Positions 41,501-53,456 are shown, numbered from the stretch's first letter. The stretch is 64,000 nucleotides of DNA from Lingula anatina (GCA_051362555.1 CM120641.1:496001-560000); one strand, 5' to 3'. The notes: generated by a model from the sequence alone, not told the origin. Numbers and translations are program-made.

Positions 41501-44500
41501 CAAAGAAGTGTACTAATTAAAGTTGGCTCTTTTCTAGAAAAGACAAGCTGTGCAGATGAGTTTTTTCATTTCGTCCAATTACTAAATCATGTAGCAGCGC
41601 TTTGACAATTGTTTTGATTTCAGTTGACCAGCATGAGTTGACTTGCAAATAAGATCCAAAACTAATGCTCCAAGCTTGCTTTTTATGTACAGACACTGTG
41701 AGTGGATTCAGAACAGAGGACTAACTGATCTGCGGATCAAATATGGTGGTCTACCCACTAAAATACTTTCCAATTAGACACTGAATAGATTCCCCATGGG
41801 GATAATTCAACAAGCATTCAAGTGGATTGGCCATATTTGATCCGGGGCCGTAGCGATAGTCCGAAGGTTCAATAGTCCGAAGGTTCATTGCTCCGAATGT
41901 TCACTATAGAACCTTCGGACCAATGAACCCTTGATTAAAAAATCGATAAAAATTTTACCACTTTTCGGACCAATGAACCTTCGGACCAATGAACCTTCGG
42001 ACTATCGAGACGCCCCCTTTGATCCATGGATTCGTTAGGCTGCTGTACATTCTGAATACACTTTGTATGTCTGGACATATAGCCACCACCTGTCTGTGTG
42101 CGCCATTAGCAACAGTGTGCACTTTTCTCACTTTTTTAAAACATGTTTATTAGTTTATGAGAATTATAATTAGTGTTCCTCACTTAATCATAAAAAGGCA
42201 AATTGCATTTTTATCTGGTTAGTTGATTTAGTTGAAAATATACCACAGATTTCTTTTAACTCTATTGTATAGTAAACAAATAGTTTTTGATATACCAGTA
42301 GTTAATACACCCAATTATGTATGATTTCTTATTAGCCAAAGAGTTAAGGCCCTTTTAAATTTTGAGCACTTGAAATGGCATTTTGTAATTAATTTAATAA
42401 ATAATAACTTATTTAAAGTGTTACAGTCTGCATATTCTCACTTGCACCATATATAGTGATGTCTGAGGGTCCTCCCTCTATAGGGTAAATGATGACAATA
42501 TGATAAACCTAGGGCAATCAGAATTATTAACTCTGTTGTACATTATGACATCATATCAGCATGGCATATTACACATGTTAACAGCAAGTATAATTTGAGA
42601 AATGAGAAAGTAAGTGGAAAATGGCATATCAACATGTGTACCATTAGATTTGTTGCAATTATATGGTGATTTTGTGGTAGACGGGGTATGATGAAAAACC
42701 ACTTCTTGACTTCATATTTAACTTGGTTCAAACTCATTTAAAGTTGATTTATATAAATATCATATGAAGAAATTGACATTGACGTGATTTATCTTGACAT
42801 CTTGTACTTGAGGTGAGTGTGTGTGGCTGGGGTGGGGGTGGTGGGGGGGGGGTCTAGGTGTTGTATGAAGAAATTATAACGTTACCATTTCTAGTAACCT
42901 GAGTATATGTACAGCTAGGGTACCTGCTATAAAAGTGGTTACTACTAGTACATGTATTGACCATATACATCTGTAATTATCTTGTCTCTTTCTTTATCAC
43001 AGTTAAAATCAAGTGATTAAATTTGTTTAATAAGGATTTTTGGGGCCTTGCACTCACTGATCCACAGATCAAATATGGCCGACCCACTTGAAAGCTTGCT
43101 GCCAAAACCCCACATAGAATCCATTAGGGGAAACAAGGAATCAGTTATTCCATGGATCAACTTGTTTCTGAACAGGCCCTTAGATCATTTCTTAGACATG
43201 GGATTCTTATTGCAGACAGTAGCTGTAAAAAGTTCTGGCAAATATTCAGTGCAGAAAAACCTTTTCATGACCCATGAAACCCAAATAGTCACTGATAACA
43301 AGAATATTGAAATGTGCAAAAATGGACCAGTTGAAGAGAAACCAACTGTTCATTTTGGCCAGAAAATGGATTTTCCTGGTGTAAGGGACAATTTTCCCAT
43401 CCTTACCAATGGTTAATGAAAACATTCTGACATTCAAAGTTAGTCCTTGGTTTTTTCTAAAAAGTTTTTTTTTTGTAATATTCCCTTAAGAAATGATTAC
43501 AGAGTGTATACCCATCTATGGAGGTTACGTGATGTGATGGCAAGCACAAACTCCAGAATTATTGCATTAACCGCTGTTTTGGTAGTAAAATAGAATTAAT
43601 TATTATATTTCTGTAAGTTGTTTACAATGTATTTATTGTGCACTATGGATATCATAGAAACAGTTGTTATCCCTTTAATTGTACCACCAGCGTTGGTGCT
43701 GGCGGTACACATGGTTTTAGTCTCGTCCGGTCCGTTCCGCCGGCTCCGACGGCTCCGCCACCATGTTACCGTTACCGCTTCTCCTCCTAGACGGTAAGGG
43801 CCTCCATACCCATCTCTTGGATTTAGGTCACATATAATCTCAACTCGTTCCACGTAAAATTTGGGCTTTGTCGGTATTGGGGTCTAGGTGTGGCACTCAT
43901 TGCAATGCACCCTTGTCCAAAAATGGCAAAATTAAATGCTAATTATCTACCCTACAGAAGGAATTATGGGAAAAATTTCTACAGACGGCTTTCCAAAAGT
44001 CATATGTGTAAATTTCAAATATGCCCTTGGATTTGACCTTTGACCTTTATTTCAAGGTCAAACGGGCCAAAATTTTCAAAAAATGAATTTTTTTATGAAA
44101 AAAAAATTATTTGCGCTGTTATTCAGACACCACACAGACTTAACCGATAATATTATTGAAAAGTGTTACCCTTTGGGTCATCTTTCATTTCCGTGAATTT
44201 GGGGTCAATCGGTGCATTTTCACAGGAGTAGCGGCCATAAAATACCGAAACTGAAAACTGTCTCTAATTTGGGAACCGTTAATGCTAGAGACCCATTCTT
44301 TTTTGCATTTTGTAGAGCATGTAGAGCCCAACACTGGAAGTGGTCTCCGTTTTTTTGTATTCCATACGGTTTTCAAGTTACGCTGTATCAAAATGTACAT
44401 ATTGGTGGTGAAAGCAAAATGTGCAGTACGGTAATGGATAATAAATTTTGAACTCCGGAAAAATAAAACAAAAGGCTTGGCGAGGCAGACAACTTGTGGT

Positions 44501-47500
44501 CAAAAATGACATTATTTCATCAAATTTGAACATCTGGAACTTCAGAGCACCTCCCATTTCAAGAATTTTGACCAAAATGACCTTTTCTTTATTTTAATTA
44601 ATTTTTTTCTGTAGGAAATTTATGGCACATTATTGTAACTCCAAAATTATAACATTTAGTCCCTTATATCTCCAAAACTGGCAGAGATAGGTCCATAGTT
44701 ACTATTGAAGTTGAATAGGAAGTCATATACTGGCAATCTAAATGTGACCTTGAAATTGACCTTTGACCTACTTTTCATTATGAATTGAACTTTGCAAATT
44801 TTGGTTCCCTTTTATCTCCAAAACTGGCAGAGATAGGTCTATGGTTACTATTAAACTTGAATAGGAAGTCATATACTGGCAATCTAAATGTGACCTTGAA
44901 ATTGACCTTTGACCTACTTTTCATCATAAACTGAACTTTGCAACTTTTTAATGCTTTTATTTTCAAAACTGGCAGAGATACGCCCATTGTTACTATTGAA
45001 TTTGAATAGAAAGTCATTAGAGGCAATTTACTGTGACCTTGAAATAGACCTTTGACCTACTTTACATCTTAAACTGAACTTTGTTTTTATTTTCAAAACT
45101 GGCAGAGATACGCCCATAGTTACTATTGAATTTGAATAGAAAGTCAGTAGAGGCAATTTACTGTGACCTTAAAATTGACCCTTGACCTACTTTTAACCAT
45201 GAACTGAACTTTGCAAATTTTGGTTCCCTTTTATCTCCAAAACTGGCAGAGATAGGTCCATGGTTACTATTAAACTTGAATAGGAAGTCATATACTGGCA
45301 ATCTAAATGTGACCTTGAAATTGACCTTTGACCTACTTTTCATCATAAATTGAAGTTTACAAATTTTCGTTCCCTTTTATCTCCAAAACTGGCAGAGATA
45401 GGTCCATAGTTACTATTGAACTTGAATAGGAAGTCATATACTGACAAAAAAATGTGACCTTGAAATTGGCCTTTGACCTACTTTTCATCATGAATTAAAC
45501 TTTGCAAAATTTGGTTCCCTTTTATCTCCAAAACTGGCAGAGATAGGTCCATAGTTACTATTGAACTTAAATATGAAGTCATTAAAGGCAATTTACTGTG
45601 ACCTTTAAATTGACCTTTGACCTACTTTTTACCATGAACTTAACTTTGCAAATTTTGGTTCCCTTTTATCTCCAAAACTGGCAAAGATATGTCCATAGTT
45701 ACTATTGAATTTGAATAGGAAGTCATATACTGGCAATCTAAGTGTGACCTTGAAATTGACCTTTGACTTACTTTTTATCATGAATTGAAGTTTACAAATT
45801 TTTGTTCCCCTTTATCTCCAAAACTGGCAGAGATAGGTCCATAGTTGCTATTGAACTTGAATAGGAAGTCATATACTGGAAATTTACTGTGACCTTGAAA
45901 TTGATCTTTGACCTACCTTACTATGAACTGAACTTTGATTGTACCATTTTTAGTTATATATATTTTTTGCATATTTTGAGAATTCTTGTTGATTGCATTT
46001 TTTACAGCTTGTCAAGCACAAGACAGGTGTTGGTGTCCCTTTTTTTTTTGTGTGTGGGGGTCTATATGATCGCGCTTACTCCAGCTGGTGGTACAATATT
46101 CGGAGGCGGTATCGCCTCTCTGATCCTCTAGTTGTAATTGAAGCTGTGAAGCCCTGGGATCAGATGTTGTAGCTGAGATGTTACTCTTGCATTGCCACAG
46201 TCACCTTGGGTGTTAATTGCTGATCCCTTCTAGCTGTTTGCAAAACTGAATTATGAAAATCTTTCCAGTTGTGTTCCAGGAATTTAAAGGTCCTTTGGAT
46301 ACTGAATGTGTACATGTATGATCAGTATATGATTGAAGATGGATTGTGCTTCTTTTTATTTTTTATGTTCTTTTACTTAATGTGGCAACTGTTTCTAGTT
46401 GCAAAAACAAAGTTCTGGAAATAGACACATTTTCTGTCATCCACAATTATTTGTAGATAACCTCCCATTTGTTTTTCAATTGCAAGTATTCCTAGCTGAC
46501 AAAACAGCCCATAGTTTCCTGACGTATGGAGGGCGACGACGTCATAAACGAGCCAATAGCTTTTTTGAGGAGTTCAAAGAAGGCAATTTTGAGAGAGAAT
46601 GTGTCGAGGAGACGTGTAGCTGGGATGAAGCCATGGAGATCTATGAGAATTATGAGAGGGCTGTGAGTTAAAGGGCATGACATATATGCAACCATAAATA
46701 TAGCATTTACTGTATGTATTATATGCCATATATATGCTATTGTTTGCCAGCTCAATCTGCATGTTTTACATATTATGTGCAATGTTTTCCTACATTAAAC
46801 ATATATATGCATGTTAATATATACGTATACAGGTATAATTTCCATTTGTGCCCAGGTGTGAAATACTTATTATATGACATTATATATTTTTATGCCTGTA
46901 TGGAATGTTTGCCTATACATGTGTAGCTATTTACCCTGCATGTTTTGGATATGTGCATTCTTATTTCAATTTCTATAATCTCTATATGTGTGAACTGGCC
47001 CCTATCAGGTGCCAGACATCTATAGCTAGCTGTCACTGTAATTATATACTCCTGCCCTGGTATACCCATGTTACTGACAGGTGGCATGTGTGTCTTTAAT
47101 TTTTTTTAATATGTTTTCTCTTCTAAGTTTCCTTTTTCTTTTACTTTCTGTTAGCAGAACAGGTGTGTTACACCGCCTTATCAGAGGACTGTATTCTTGG
47201 TGTCTTTTTTTTTGGTGTTTTTCTTTTTTCTGAAAATGTGTGTTGGGAAAGCATTTTATAGATTTTTTGTTGCCAAAACTCATTATTTACTTATGAATGA
47301 CATCCTGTAATTGCTTGAAGTTAATGCCACACAGTTGTTTTTTTAACCAACAAAAGTAAAAATGAAAATGTCAGACAGCTAAATGATGCACAGTGGTTAT
47401 GAGGCAAATACAGAAGGTAGCTTGAAACAGACTATTTCACCTGGCACTCCAGGTAACTCCCACTGTGTAACACACTCAGAACAGGTGTCTTGTTAGAATT

Positions 47501-48111
47501 CAGTTGTTGTTGTTTAAAAAGATTGTTCAGGTGAAGGTGTGCATGCACTTATATAACCTGCATGGTTGCCTAAGTACATCAGTAAGCTTGAAAAACTTTT
47601 GTAAAACTATGAAATATATTTGTTTTACAAGGCACTGAACATGCAATTTTCAGCATTTTTCAAGTGGACTCAGTCATTATTAAATAACAAAATCAATTTG
47701 TGTTTGTGTATGAGTGCATGTGTGTGCGTGTGTATGTGTGTGCAGACATGCTGAAAACTTTTCAAAATGGCTGGACATTTGGACAGGCAGTAATGAAAAA
47801 TTTGCCAGACCCAATGGATTTTTGTCGGACCGAAAATCAACCTATTCGTTTGAGACAGATACTACCAGTACGATCAGGGTAGCTTACTTTGTTTGTGAAT
47901 GTGAAAGTTTTGAAATGGAAGGGAAAAAACGCTTTGTTTTTGTAAAATTTTATTAGTAAAGTATGACGAACGATGACTGTAAATTCAAAATTACGGTTCT
48001 TAAAACTCTTGTCAGTCCTTTGGACTGACCAAGTCCAATTTTTTACCAGCCCAGACAAATTTTCCCAGTCATGACCGATCGGACCGACACAGCATGTCTG
48101 GTGTGTATGTA

Positions 48112-48142
<31 letters not shown>

Positions 48143-51099
48143 TGTATTTTGGCATATCACATACTATATTATGCTTTCCAGTATTTCTAGACCAGCATGA
48201 TGCTAGAACTTTCCTGCATGCACATGCGCGTTCTAAGCGTGCGAACACGGGCTGGCTGGGTACGGAGGAGGTGCTGGCAGGGAACCTGGAGCGCGAGTGC
48301 GTAGAGGAAGTGTGTTCTTGGGAGGAAGCAAATGAAGTCTTTGAGAATGGAGAGAGAACCGTAAGGAGAAGCAGAATTGAGCAAGATGTCCTGATGCAGC
48401 TTATTGCATTTATTAAATTACTATACTATGTTATTTATAATTCGTATTATTTTTCAAGTTAATGGACTTTGGCCCTTTTTTTTTTAAATGAATAGAATAT
48501 GCACTTTAAAGTATTTAGATGAAGATATAAATGAATGTTTTTCCTTCTTTGCTTGCTAGTTTTATTGAACCATTTAACCAATAAACTATGAATTAAACCT
48601 CTTGTATGGACCCATGAGTACAATTCTATACCTTCTGTGTGTATTTATATATGATTAATGAACTTCAAACATGACATGTTTAAAACATTATGGCTATATA
48701 CTAGTAATGAATCTCAAAATCTGATATATCTTGGTACTAAAATTAACCCCCAGTGACTTATCTTTTACCCTATAACTATTTGTACATGTACCAGCTTTTA
48801 TGTTCATATCCTGTCACTGTTTCACAGTTGGTGTGATATTTACCATAAATATCTATTTCAGAGAGAGTACTGGGTAAGGAGAAATGGTATGTAATTTGTT
48901 TTAAATTATTCTTTAATTGGAAATATATTTTTATATGTAATGGAAAAATATAATTTAATTTGGCAATTGTCTGACATTTGACTTTGTTCCATGTTGTGAC
49001 ATATATACATTACGAAATCAGCTGTGATAATTTTTTAAAGATTGGTCCATTTTTATGCCAGATCCTAACCAGTGTGATTCCAACCCGTGTGTCTCAGAGG
49101 GGACCAGCAGATGTGAAGATTTATTCCAAAACTATAGATGTCACTGCAGGCAAGGATACACTGGAAGCAATTGTCACATCAGTGAGTCAGAATGTCCACA
49201 TGCAACTCACATCAGCTGTCATATAGCAGTTTCAAGACATTTATGTACTTATATATAAAATTCCACAATATGGGCCTACCCTTAAGAGTTGAGTTGTTGT
49301 TTTTGTTTTATTAGGAGGAGAGAGGGTGGGGGAGATTATGTATATACTGAGTATTGCAGGAACTCACAAACCCAATCTGAAAAACATTTTTATCTGTTCT
49401 CAGATATAGATGACTGTGGGACAAATTGTCTAAATGGAGCTATATGCACTGTAGGTATACAACTGTATGATATCTTTATTAATCAGAGATTTTGACAACC
49501 CATTTAAAAACCTTATTTATGAAATTGCTTTGTTTATTGTATATGCTGCAAATTAAAAGATTGTGTTTAATATTGTCATTAATGGCATACAACTTTATGT
49601 ATGTCTGTATATTAAAAGCATATATATATATACATGTACAAATAAAACTGACTTTAAAAATGAAAAGAATTCTGCTCACAATCTTACTTTCCAGGACCTG
49701 ATCAATGACTATCACTGCACCTGTGCCCCAGGATTCCGAGGCACTAACTGTGAAATTAACATTAATGAGTGCCAGAGCAACCCTTGTCAAAATGGTGCCA
49801 CGTGTCAGGACGGAGCAAACCGTTGGAGCTGCCAGTGTGCTCCAGGATGGACAGGTTAGTGGTCGTTTTGAATTAGCTTTAATTTCAGACTGCTGCTGTT
49901 ATTTGTTTCAAATTGTTTCTAATATAGATTACATTTACCAAAAAGTGAGGGTATTAACTTGAAGACCCAGTTGGAAGCACAGGAAGCAAAGCTCAAGAAC
50001 GTAATTACACGTTATAATATTTCTCAGTCCCAGTTCATACTTATTAAACAAGTATACTTTTCTATCTGACCAACAGATGAATTCACAGTAACAGTTAATG
50101 GGACAGAAGTCTGTTAGCTAGTCAAATATTTGGGTAAATCCTACCTCCTCCTTCCCAAATTGGAGTAGGGTTGGGGAGCCAGCTTGCAGCATATCCTGGC
50201 CATATACTGGACCCTTAGAGAGGAACAAAATTTACCAAATCTTATCTAGATTACTTAATCTTATGATACATCAACATAGATATATTATATGACAGTGCAA
50301 AGGTATCATTTGAGTACCATCAAACTCTGTGCTTCTGATGACTGTATGCTATCTCAATGTAATTACTATGGTAGTGTGGTGAAAATTTAAGAATTTTGCT
50401 GGCTTTGAAAATTTTGTTAGCAGATGATTTTTCTGCTGAAGATTTTTTTTCACTTTGAAAAATTACCCAAAACTAAAAAAAGAGACTTGCTTATCAGCTT
50501 TAAAATTATTTTTATCAGGTGTATCCTGCCAGTTGGACATCAATGAATGTATGTCGGCACCTTGTCTGAATGGCGGAACATGTAACAATCTGCAGAACAT
50601 GTTTACCTGTGATTGTGTCCAGGGATTTGCAGGGAATGGATGTGAAATTAATGTGGATGATTGTTACCTTGATCATTGCCTGAATGGTATGGCAGTGTTT
50701 TTTAAGTATTGTTTGTCATTCAATATTCCTGAGGACGTTGATATTTATATATTTTTCAATCTCAAGATGTGTTATAATATTTTCCTGGATTTTTTTTCTT
50801 GTTTTAACAAACCACAGACCTTTGTTGGTTTATAAGCTTGGCTTTATAATTTTGCAAAAACACATTTCTTTTCAAGAAAAATTTCCTTATAATATAATCA
50901 GACAAATAAGTTCTTTATCATACTTTTTTCACAGGTGGTACTTGCATTGATTTAGTCAATGACTTCAGCTGTATCTGTCCAGCAGGATTCTCTGGTACGT
51001 CATGTGAAGTCAACGTTAATGAGTGTGAGAGTTCTCCCTGCCTGAACCAAGCTACCTGTATTGATGCTGACAATGGCTTCCTGTGTGAATGTTTACCTG
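29411..51099 (+). CDS. Multi-exon secreted or membrane protein: signal peptide, C2/MNNL-like, DSL, Gla (alternative exons), EGF repeats; 3' end outside the window
   Basis: Exons 29411-29467, 31742-31975, 34274-34565, [46487-46662 or 48182-48360], 48862-48886, 49062-49181, 49404-49450, 49695-49854, 50519-50686, 50935-51099 all have GT-AG ends and compatible phases. The join across 34566-46486 is inferred. Confidence 0.65.
30247..30447. mobile_element. Partial CAGTGGCG-family MITE copy
   Basis: Shares ccatttggtac.gtttagaactatgat and ttttcagaaatc with the 1318 copy; ends ccggcactg. Confidence 0.65.
31742..31975 (+). CDS. Exon with end of signal peptide and C2/MNNL-like region
   Basis: tcttctag acceptor, 78 stop-free codons ([15 protein letters not shown]...CKLDFTHWK), gtataa donor, phase 0-0; the G.GFVEI start and F..W end loosely resemble the N-terminal domain of Notch ligands. 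Confidence 0.65.
34274..34565 (+). CDS. DSL-domain exon
   Basis: ttttcag acceptor; [45 protein letters not shown] matches the six-cysteine DSL pattern; donor gttggt, phase 1. Confidence 0.88.
37122..37853. repeat. Dispersed ~100-bp direct repeat (about 37122-37222 and 37756-37853)
   Basis: aacattgaacaat...gatcaattgagga.aaatgtgacaagatgtttttactgcttttaccctgtat occurs twice. Confidence 0.8.
41844..42017. mobile_element. MITE with ~16-bp subterminal repeats (ccgaaggttca / tgaaccttcgg)
   Basis: GGGG...CCCC ends, inverted subterminal arrays, tttgatcc duplicated on both flanks; second copy at 61136-61293. Confidence 0.85.
43676..46133 (+). mobile_element. Helentron/HINE-like non-autonomous element carrying a satellite array
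   Basis: subTIRs attgtaccaccagc (43678) / gctggtggtacaat (46084), 5' hairpin, GTCC-like microsatellite, 3' stem-loop gaggcg-gtat-cgcctc, ctagtt end. Confidence 0.8.
44660..45940. repeat. ~145-bp tandem satellite, about 9 units
   Basis: aaaactggca recurs at 44674, 44820, 44965, 45095, 45239, 45385, 45530, 45674 and 45820; each unit has a tgaccttgaaattgacctttgacct-like core. Confidence 0.95.
46487..46662 (+). CDS. Propeptide + Gla domain exon A
   Basis: [59 protein letters not shown]; phase-1 acceptor (46486 or 46495), gtgagt donor phase 0. Confidence 0.88.
47743..48100. mobile_element. hAT-like MITE between the two Gla exons
   Basis: 11-bp TIRs cagacatgctg / cagcatgtctg, inserted in a (TG)n tract. 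Confidence 0.6.
48182..48360 (+). CDS. Propeptide + Gla domain exon B
   Basis: [60 protein letters not shown]; tttccag acceptor phase 1, gtaagg donor phase 0. Confidence 0.92.
48862..48886 (+). CDS. 25-nt aromatic-stack microexon (REYWVRRN)
   Basis: tatttcag acceptor, gtatgt donor, phase 0-1; links either Gla exon in frame to the first EGF exon. Confidence 0.85.
49062..49181 (+). CDS. EGF exon 1
   Basis: [40 protein letters not shown]; AG/GT, phase 1-1. Confidence 0.92.
49404..49450 (+). CDS. EGF2 first half
   Basis: [16 protein letters not shown]; ttctcag acceptor, gtaggt donor. Confidence 0.88.
49695..49854 (+). CDS. EGF2 second half and EGF3
   Basis: [53 protein letters not shown]; AG/GT. 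Confidence 0.93.
50519..50686 (+). CDS. EGF3 end, EGF4, EGF5 start
   Basis: [56 protein letters not shown]; AG/GT. Confidence 0.93.
50935..51099 (+). CDS. EGF5 end and incomplete EGF6
   Basis: [55 protein letters not shown]; tttcacag acceptor, gtaggt donor; sixth Cys missing, so the gene continues. Not in the ORF track. Confidence 0.92.
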
Positions 51100-52386
51100 G
51101 TAGGTGACTCTGGTTGGTGTGTGGTCTGAATGGGAATGGATCAGAAAACCATTTTTTACGGCTGTTTTTGTTGTTATCAGATCTATTGGCATGGATGCCA
51201 ACAATGGAGCACTGAAGTTAATGTCTAATGTCTAGTTTCCAGTTTTGCTTTTTAAAAATGAACCTGGCAACTACGTAGGAACTAGTTTCATTTTTATATA
51301 CAGACACTGTAATATATATAAGTGTACCAGTACTCCCTCATGCTATTCTAGCTTCCCTACAATACTAACAGTCAAGGTCACAAGAAAGTAGTCAATTTGG
51401 CTGTGCCTATTTGCTGGCCAACTCACCACATTGATAGGAAAAAAGACATTTTGGGCCATGATCGGCGGCCACCTTATTCTCAGTGCACGGCGAGGAGAGA
51501 CCATAACAATAATAACACACTGCCTGGCTTCCAGGGTGAAGGTTACCAGCTGGTCACAGTTAACCCTAATCTCTGACTGCCCCTTCCTCCATCCACTCCT
51601 GTATCCATCCACTAAAATTATTCTAGTTTCTCAGCATCAGAACTTTAGATTTTGTATAACGACACTATACATGTAGTTTCTGGTTGCCAGAATTGTTTTT
51701 GAAAAACGAAGCTAGCGTCTGGTTGCCAAGTTATTTATTTATTTATTTTATTTATTTATTTATTTATTTTTTTGGAAAAGTGACACTGGGTTTTGATTGA
51801 TTTAATCATACTGACATAGATCTGTGGTCTTTTTCGGCCTCTGAGTGTGGCTTCTGCGGTGAAGGCTACCTGTGCACTGCAGACACTGATCAGAAGTTGT
51901 CTTGGTCTCGGTCTCAGCACATGGCTAGGAGAAACTGTTACACACTGTACAGCTTAAGTGGTGAAAGCTGCCTGTGTGCCAAAGACATTGATGGAGGATT
52001 GACTCTTCTTTTGTCCACTTCTTTTTCTCTCCGCAAAAACAATATGGGTGTTATTCCTATATTGAGAGAAACACATATCAAACAGGAGGATTTGTTTTAT
52101 TCCACATATAATATACACTAGCAGTTGCAAAGAGTAAAAACAATAATAAAAACTAATAATGAAAATACCTTTCTATCCTTACCGAGACACAATTTGAGGA
52201 ATTAACATAGAAAACAAGTTGGTGTGTGATATTTTGTGAAATTTGTCTTTGTAAGGAATCACCATTGTACATGTATAACATGGTAGCCAATCAAAAGCAC
52301 CACATGACTAAAATGCAGTCAGATGGGAAGAAGAAACAGCAAAGCAGCAATCAGTAACATGCTACCTTTAGTCATTGCCAACATCA

Positions 52387-53456
52387 TTAGTCACGGCTGC
52401 CTAAAATGATATCAGTGGTGCTGAACTTTTGATGGTACCAATAGAGGTCCCATGCACTCACAAATTCCTCTGCATCAAGTAAGCCATTTGCATTCTGATC
52501 AATAGCATCAAAAATTGGTTGAATCTTGGCTGTGTTGCGAAAAACAAAAAGGAATTTGGAATACTCATCTATTGTCAACTTGCCATTGCAGTCAATATCA
52601 AACGTGCCAAACATATTTGATGAGATTTCAGCGACCTTCTCTGTTGAAATAGGAATATCTATCTCAGACTCTTGAAGAAATTCTTCCAGTGTAATGTTTG
52701 TTTTATAGTTTGTGTATTTGTTTGACCAAAAGACCCGAAAGGCATTGGAAAAAATACCATTCACTGCCATAGCTCTCCAAGATGGCAGAACTTTTTGAGC
52801 TCGTTTTGTTGTTAAACCAACATGTTCCTCTTCAGTAACGATGCCATCTTCATCAACGTCGATGATGTCAAAGAATGCTTTGTACTTGGTAGCCCAGTAG
52901 GAACTAAACTTTCGGTTGGTGTTCTAAAATATGAAGAAGAAATTATCCGTCTTTCATATTAGGAGTTGATCTCTGGCTATGATTTATATATCATATTTTG
53001 CAGGTGTATTAATTGTTTTAGATATAACATTTTCTTGCATGTATTTTGCTTAAATATTTGAAAAATATTTTTGAATAGGGTTTAAAATGGACATACAGTA
53101 TGAGATGCTGTAATTGTTTTTAACTGGTGTATTATTTTTCTTAGAAATGACATTGATTATGCCAAATAAATATTGGCTTTATGAAAAATTGGTTTCTTGA
53201 TGTTGAGTCACCATCCAAGAAAAAAAAATTCTCTAATTCAATAAAGTGAAACACACTAAAAGGTTACAGACTAGCAGAAATTTCCACCCCAACTCCCTGT
53301 ACTTAAGAACCATATACTGCCTGCCTGACAATACTGTCTTAGCTTGTTTAACTAAACCAGTGAACACTTTTCTGGACCTACCTTTAAAATACTTGAAGAA
53401 TCAACAGCAAGAACAGCAACCAGTAGGAGCAGACTTATCAGCTTAATGGATGACAT
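52387..53456 (-). CDS. Secreted SCP/calexcitin-like EF-hand protein, copy 1 (203 aa; coding exons 53456-53382 and 52923-52387)
   Basis: Exon MSSIKLISLLLLVAVLAVDSSSILK|gtaggt joins in phase 0 to ttttag|NTNRKFSSYWATKYKAFF...; EF loops DVDEDGIVTEEE, DIDCNGKLTIDE, DQNANGLLDAEE; second EF hand degenerate. Confidence 0.88.

Noticed and set aside
42763-42818. Candidate signal-peptide exon for a stand-alone Gla gene (ATGAAGAAATTG...gag|gtgagt)
   Set aside because: In-frame TGA after seven codons; not supportable as coding, although the donor looks strong.
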